Shown here: piece by piece, positions 59,458-64,000 of the stretch | Layout of the letters: the number at the start of each line of letters is the position of its first letter | Numbering within the stretch: position 1 is the stretch's first letter | Source: an uncultured virus (IMG/VR IMGVR_UViG_3300035520_000158) | Lineage: Duplodnaviria; Heunggongvirae; Uroviricota; Caudoviricetes; Crassvirales | IMG/VR virus record: IMGVR_UViG_3300035520_000158 | DNA length: 64,000 bases | Strand: one strand, 5' to 3' | Position numbers and translations under genes: made by a program | Notes under the pieces: model-generated | Seen by the model: the letters and a program-made list of their open reading frames with translations, nothing else | Database searches by the model: none | Told to the model about the DNA's origin: nothing

Positions 59458-59704
59458 AGTTAATCACCCTTCACATTATACTTGGCTCAAAGATTTATGT
59501 GGTGTAGAGGTAATTGATATTACCAGACACATGGATTTTGATTTAGGTAATGCTATTAAGTATATTCTCAGAAATGGTCATAAAGAAGAAATTGGCTACA
59601 CTATGAGAAATAAAGCTATTGAAGATCTTGAAAAAGCTGTATGGTATATTCAAGATGAAATTAAAACATTAAAAGCTAAAGACAATGGCACTGGACAAGC
59701 ATAA
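59450..59704 (+). CDS. DUF3310-like protein
   Basis: VNHPSHY...GNAIKYILR...EDLEKAVWY. Likely start at 59450. Confidence 0.8.
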   Translation: MDKVNHPSHYTWLKDLCGVEVIDITRHMDFDLGNAIKYILRNGHKEEIGYTMRNKAIEDLEKAVWYIQDEIKTLKAKDNGTGQA

Positions 59705-59861
59705 GTTATCTGCTACTAGAAAACTTGCTAAGTATATTTGGAGCTATTTATTTGAACAGGAGTGTGGAGAATTAACTCTCTTCACTCCTGAAGAAAAGAA
59801 AAAGCTTGAAGATGCTTATCAGATGATAGGAGATATATGTAAACGTAATAACTTAAAGTAA
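59685..59861 (+). CDS. Small hypothetical protein (58 aa, not in track)
   Basis: MALDKHKLSATRKLAK..., fills the gap. Confidence 0.5.
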   Translation: MALDKHKLSATRKLAKYIWSYLFEQECGELTLFTPEEKKKLEDAYQMIGDICKRNNLK

Positions 59862-59883
59862 TTAACTTTAATACTTAATAGTT

Positions 59884-60222
59884 ATGGAAAATATACCTAT
59901 TGGAGCAGAAGATGATATAAAAGCTCCTTGGAATGAACATACTGAAATTATTACAGTTCCTGTAACAGTATCTATTACTTTAAGTAAGCAGTTTGAAGTT
60001 AATATTGAAGTTGATCAAAGTAGAATTAAAGAAGATAAATCAGTTGATATATCTGATTTAGAGTTAAAGAATGCTGTTAATCAACAAGTGATACTACCTG
60101 ATGTTGCTTATTTACACCTACAGGATCCTAGAGTGACTAATTCCTATTTTAAATATTCAGAATTAAAACAGGATTTAGCAGGATGGGTAAGAGATGATTT
60201 TGAAGTAATAGAAGAAGAATAA
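59884..60222 (+). CDS. Hypothetical protein
   Basis: PIGAEDDIKAPWNE. Confidence 0.6.
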   Translation: MENIPIGAEDDIKAPWNEHTEIITVPVTVSITLSKQFEVNIEVDQSRIKEDKSVDISDLELKNAVNQQVILPDVAYLHLQDPRVTNSYFKYSELKQDLAGWVRDDFEVIEEE

Positions 60223-60227
60223 ATACA

Positions 60228-60503
60228 ATGAAAGTAATAAAATTTTATAGTGAATCTTGTGGTCCTTGCAAAGTCCTTGAAAGTAATCTCAATGCTTTAA
60301 ATATTGAACACGAAAATTTTAATATTGAAGATGAGAATACAGAAGAACTTTTAGCAAAGTATAATGTAAAAGGTATTCCTACATTAATAATTCTAACTGA
60401 TAAAGAAGAAGTTATTAAAAGGCACGTAGGATTATTAAATATTAATGATTTAAAGAAATTATATGAAGATTGTAGAGAGATCTGTAACACTTTTGAAGTG
60501 TAA
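60228..60503 (+). CDS. Thioredoxin
   Basis: CGPC, VKGIPTL. Confidence 0.88.
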   Translation: MKVIKFYSESCGPCKVLESNLNALNIEHENFNIEDENTEELLAKYNVKGIPTLIILTDKEEVIKRHVGLLNINDLKKLYEDCREICNTFEV

Positions 60504-61332
60504 AAATTACAAGGATATTAATAGTATCTTAAAATTTATTGAAATGTGTGGTAGAACAGCATATAAATCTGTAGATAAGATGACTGATGATTCTTATAAA
60601 AGATTTACAGATATGCTTAATTCTAATGGACATAGGTCAGTGTTTGAGCATGGTACTATATATCTATATATTTCAAGTGATAATACTCCTGAAGCTTCTA
60701 AAATAGCTAAGAAATATAAGAATAATCATTATTCTGTAGTATATTATACTTGTAAGGATAATGTAGATGCTTATTATATTACTACTAATTATAGAGTAAT
60801 TGTAGAAAATCACTTTGAAGATGATTTAAAGTATCTATGTGAACCTACTAGTTTTCATGAAAAGAGATATACTTTCAGAATTATTACCGGTATAGATATT
60901 TCAAGAGAAGGTAATAGGCATAGAGTAAATTCTATTACAGAAGAATCTACAAGATATTGTAATTATAGTAAGGATAAATTTGATAATCAGATTAGTATTA
61001 TAGAAAATTCTGATATTTCAAAAGAAGATATTGACAAATATCTTGAAAGTTATAATGCAGAAGAGCTAGAATCATTAAATGATCCTATAGCAGTATTTAT
61101 ATGTGCTAATCAGATTGCAGAATTATGTTATCTTAAACTTATAGAATTAGGATGGAAACCTCAGCAAGCTAGAAGAGTATTACCTTTGGATACTAAGACA
61201 GAAGTAATATATACAGCTACAAAGCATGAATGGTTACATTTTATAAGTCTAAGAAGTGCTAATGATGCTCATCCTGATATTAAATATATATCTGATAAAA
61301 TTAAGGAATATATTGAGAATGATGAAAATTAA
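60463..61332 (+). CDS. thyX: Flavin-dependent thymidylate synthase
   Basis: GHRSVFEH, RHR-x7-STRY, ARRVLP, LRSANDAHP. Confidence 0.92.
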   Translation: MKIVERSVTLLKCKNYKDINSILKFIEMCGRTAYKSVDKMTDDSYKRFTDMLNSNGHRSVFEHGTIYLYISSDNTPEASKIAKKYKNNHYSVVYYTCKDNVDAYYITTNYRVIVENHFEDDLKYLCEPTSFHEKRYTFRIITGIDISREGNRHRVNSITEESTRYCNYSKDKFDNQISIIENSDISKEDIDKYLESYNAEELESLNDPIAVFICANQIAELCYLKLIELGWKPQQARRVLPLDTKTEVIYTATKHEWLHFISLRSANDAHPDIKYISDKIKEYIENDEN

Positions 61333-61353
61333 ATAATTAGAATTTACACATTT

Positions 61354-61400
61354 AGTAAAGGAGAGCTACTTATTATGTAGTCCTCCTTTACTTTTTTTCT
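61354..61400 (+). terminator. Intrinsic terminator after thyX
   Basis: agtaaaggag...ctcctttact followed by a long T-run. Confidence 0.8.
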
Positions 61401-61407
61401 TTTTTTA

Positions 61408-61439
61408 TTTGTTTTTAAAATATTTATTTTATATATTTG
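61408..61439 (+). promoter_or_regulatory. Bacteroidetes sigma-type promoter
   Basis: TTTG-N20-TATATTTG. Confidence 0.7.
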
Positions 61440-61468
61440 TATTAGATAAACAATTTAATACTAATAAT

Positions 61469-64000
61469 ATGAGTTGTGTTAATAGAAGTTGTAAAGAATT
61501 TAAAGAATTAATGAGAGCTACTAAACTTAGCTCAGAAGCTTTAAATTACTATGTACACCTATGGCAAAATACTATAGGTAAAGAAGGAGAATTTCCTGAT
61601 GCAGGATGGGTAAAAGGTCAAGCTAGAGGAAGTGCCACTATAGTTGCTGGTCCTGCACAAATGGAATTGTGGGAAAAGAAGTATAAGAATCCTTTATTAT
61701 TTAATACCAGAAAGGAAGCTACTGCTGCTTATAAAGAAGCTGCAAAGATTTTTGATAAAAAGTCTTTGTATATTACATTTATGAATGATGGTAGATTTAG
61801 ATTATCTGTAATTAGACCTATAGATGTAACTAAATCACAAGTAGAAAAAGAAGATAGCTCTCCTTCAAGAGGATTAATGTATGAGAAATCTCAAGATAGA
61901 AATTATAATCTAAATAGAGTAAAGGAACATTATAGTGTAGCATTTAGTTCTAGAGCTAATTTAGAAACTTATAATCATTATGTAAATGAAATTCTTTCTC
62001 ATGTAAAAGAGGTTGAATTTAAAAATGATAATGAATCTGATAAAGATGCCTTAGCTAGAATAAATGAAATCATTAATGATGTAAAAAATAGCAAAAATGG
62101 TTTCATTATAGATAAGATGTATCCTGTAAAATTAAAAGATACTAATGCTTATAAAATTTATATTAAGTTTAAATCTTTTGAAGATATAGTTAATGCTAAA
62201 TTAAAATTACTTGAGAATCTTAGTGATGATGCTTTAGCCTCAGAAGCATTAAGATTGGAACAGGAGTCCATGCTTAATGATGAATACTATATAAATCCTA
62301 AAAAAGTAGAAGCACTTAAACAACAGGTTAGAAAAAATTCTTTCGTTTATGATTTTGAGATAAACGAAGCTTTTGAATTTTTACAAAACCTAGAAAATAA
62401 TCCAGATTTAAATCAATATGTAGAGCAGTGTATTAAATGGTTAAAAAATGATACTATAAAATTACCAAGAGATAATGAAAAAGTATTAGAAGCTTTTCAA
62501 GAAGCAAGAAGACTTCATATTGATACTCAAAAATTTAAATCTCCTATTGATCTTCTTATATATAAAGCAAATTTAGAAAAAGTAGATGAAGGTGATACTA
62601 TAAATATGTCTGAAAGACCTATTTTTTCATTAAATAGAACTGTAGATACAATGGAAGGAACTATAGAAATTTACGATGTTCCTGACAATGAAGAAGGGCA
62701 ACAAGCAGTTATGCAGGTGTTAGCAGATGCTACTCCTAAAGATTCTTCAGGTAAACCTGTAATGAATAGTCCTTGGTGTCTTGCTGTATATAATTATGAT
62801 GTAAAAACAAAAAAGGCTACACCTACAAATAGTGCTCTTAATACTTATTGGCCTCGTTATAATAAAGGTAAACGTCAAATTGCTATTTTAAATGGTAAAC
62901 CTATAGCTTTTAATAGCACTAATAAGGAAGATGGAAGAGATGAATGGTGGGATTTTTCAGATCATTCACATGAAAATGTTAATGAATGTACATTACAAAA
63001 ATTTAAAAATATTACTAGTGGTAAATCAAGAAATCCGAAAACAACAATAGCATTAGGAGATACTGTATATACTTATTCTAGAAATGGTGTACATAGCGTA
63101 AGTAGAACAATAATAAATGAGATAAAGAATTTTCATACATTTATTAGTGAATCTACACATTGGACAGGAAATTATATAAGAAAAACAATATCACTTTTAC
63201 AAAAAGGTACATCAACTTTTGATAGAATAGAATTTAGCAGTATAAGAAATAATGAAGGTGTTGATATATCAATGCATAATAATGATAATTCAAAAGATTT
63301 TATACTTAAAATACCATATCTTGAAAATCTTGATTATAATGATATAGGATTTACCATAGAAATTAAAAATGATCAGCAAATTAGAAAATTAGATTATCAA
63401 GTTAATGATGATGGTAGCATAACAGTATATTCATATAAAGATTCTGGAAACAAAAAAACAGGCTCAAATACTTATGAACCAGTTAGCCAAAAACTACATA
63501 CTGTTAATAGAACTATTAAAAACTTTAATATTAATTCTTTAGATGTATTAAAGAAAATACTATATTTAAAAGAATTATATTCTCATAATCAAGTGCGTTC
63601 AATTGTAGACCAGCTTGCTCCAGTTGTAGATATAATTAAAGATTTAGTTAATGAGATCTATAATGATTCAGAATTAAATATAACTGAAGAGAACACTGAA
63701 ATTGATGAAGAACTGGCTTCTAAATATAAGGAAAAACTAAATAAAACAATAGCTTCAGGCACTCCTTTATTAGTAAATGCTGTAACAGATGCTGTAGAAA
63801 CTGCTCAGTTAAATAATGCTTTAAATAATGCTGTTGAGAATTTAAATTTACCTTATAATCTAAATAATGAAGCTACTAATGAAGATGAAGTAGTAAATAA
63901 TGAAACTTCTGAGCATCCTACTAATGTAGAAAATTCTATAGAAAATAACAATACTGAAGTATTGGAAATGACTCAGGAAGAATTATCTGCTTTAGGTCAA
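61469..64000 (+). CDS. Very large protein, N-terminal part (about 840 aa in window, partial)
   Basis: ATG at 61469 (MSCVNRSCKEFKELM...). Frame appears open to the window end; spot-checked only. Confidence 0.7.
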   Translation, partial: MSCVNRSCKEFKELMRATKLSSEALNYYVHLWQNTIGKEGEFPDAGWVKGQARGSATIVAGPAQMELWEKKYKNPLLFNTRKEATAAYKEAAKIFDKKSLYITFMNDGRFRLSVIRPIDVTKSQVEKEDSSPSRGLMYEKSQDRNYNLNRVKEHYSVAFSSRANLETYNHYVNEILSHVKEVEFKNDNESDKDALARINEIINDVKNSKNGFIIDKMYPVKLKDTNAYKIYIKFKSFEDIVNAKLKLLENLSDDALASEALRLEQESMLNDEYYINPKKVEALKQQVRKNSFVYDFEINEAFEFLQNLENNPDLNQYVEQCIKWLKNDTIKLPRDNEKVLEAFQEARRLHIDTQKFKSPIDLLIYKANLEKVDEGDTINMSERPIFSLNRTVDTMEGTIEIYDVPDNEEGQQAVMQVLADATPKDSSGKPVMNSPWCLAVYNYDVKTKKATPTNSALNTYWPRYNKGKRQIAILNGKPIAFNSTNKEDGRDEWWDFSDHSHENVNECTLQKFKNITSGKSRNPKTTIALGDTVYTYSRNGVHSVSRTIINEIKNFHTFISESTHWTGNYIRKTISLLQKGTSTFDRIEFSSIRNNEGVDISMHNNDNSKDFILKIPYLENLDYNDIGFTIEIKNDQQIRKLDYQVNDDGSITVYSYKDSGNKKTGSNTYEPVSQKLHTVNRTIKNFNINSLDVLKKILYLKELYSHNQVRSIVDQLAPVVDIIKDLVNEIYNDSELNITEENTEIDEELASKYKEKLNKTIASGTPLLVNAVTDAVETAQLNNALNNAVENLNLPYNLNNEATNEDEVVNNETSEHPTNVENSIENNNTEVLEMTQEELSALGQ

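Noticed and set aside
29496..60490. Minus-strand or nested ORFs in the right arm (29496, 33147, 35296, 39758, 40627, 42393, 43168, 47312, 48471, 49516, 49845, 50172, 53749, 60245)
   Set aside because: They overlap real genes and have shadow-like composition.
1..64000. Stop-codon reassignment, as in some crAss-like phages
   Set aside because: Long genes are intact in the standard code, the two broken genes are explained by introns, and no CTA/TCA suppressor tRNA was found.

Overview
A 64-kb, very AT-rich segment of a crAss-like (Crassvirales-type) phage genome with a Bacteroidetes host, inferred from TTTG-N19/20-TAnnTTTG promoters and BACON-like fibre proteins. Standard genetic code. Left arm (1-27.3 kb, minus strand): fibre/tail genes, ring proteins, a major capsid gene split by an HNH-carrying group I intron, scaffold, lysis genes, portal, a terminase large subunit with an Ala-initiated (class-3-type) intein, and a cluster of 12 tRNAs interleaved with tRNA mimics and candidate structured RNAs. 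Transcription diverges at about 27.4 kb. Right arm (plus strand): small early genes in motif-gene-hairpin cassettes, replication genes (SF2 helicase, DnaB-like helicase, AAA ATPase, SSB, primase), nucleases, NrdD (split by a second group I intron), NrdG, dUTPase, PolA, thioredoxin, ThyX and the start of a very large protein. The top candidate for a novel system is an apparently complete phage-encoded ubiquitin-like conjugation locus (Ubl precursor, E2-like, JAB/JAMM, E1/ThiF) at 44.9-49.8 kb. All calls come from motif reading, by-eye pairing and synteny; no searches were run.
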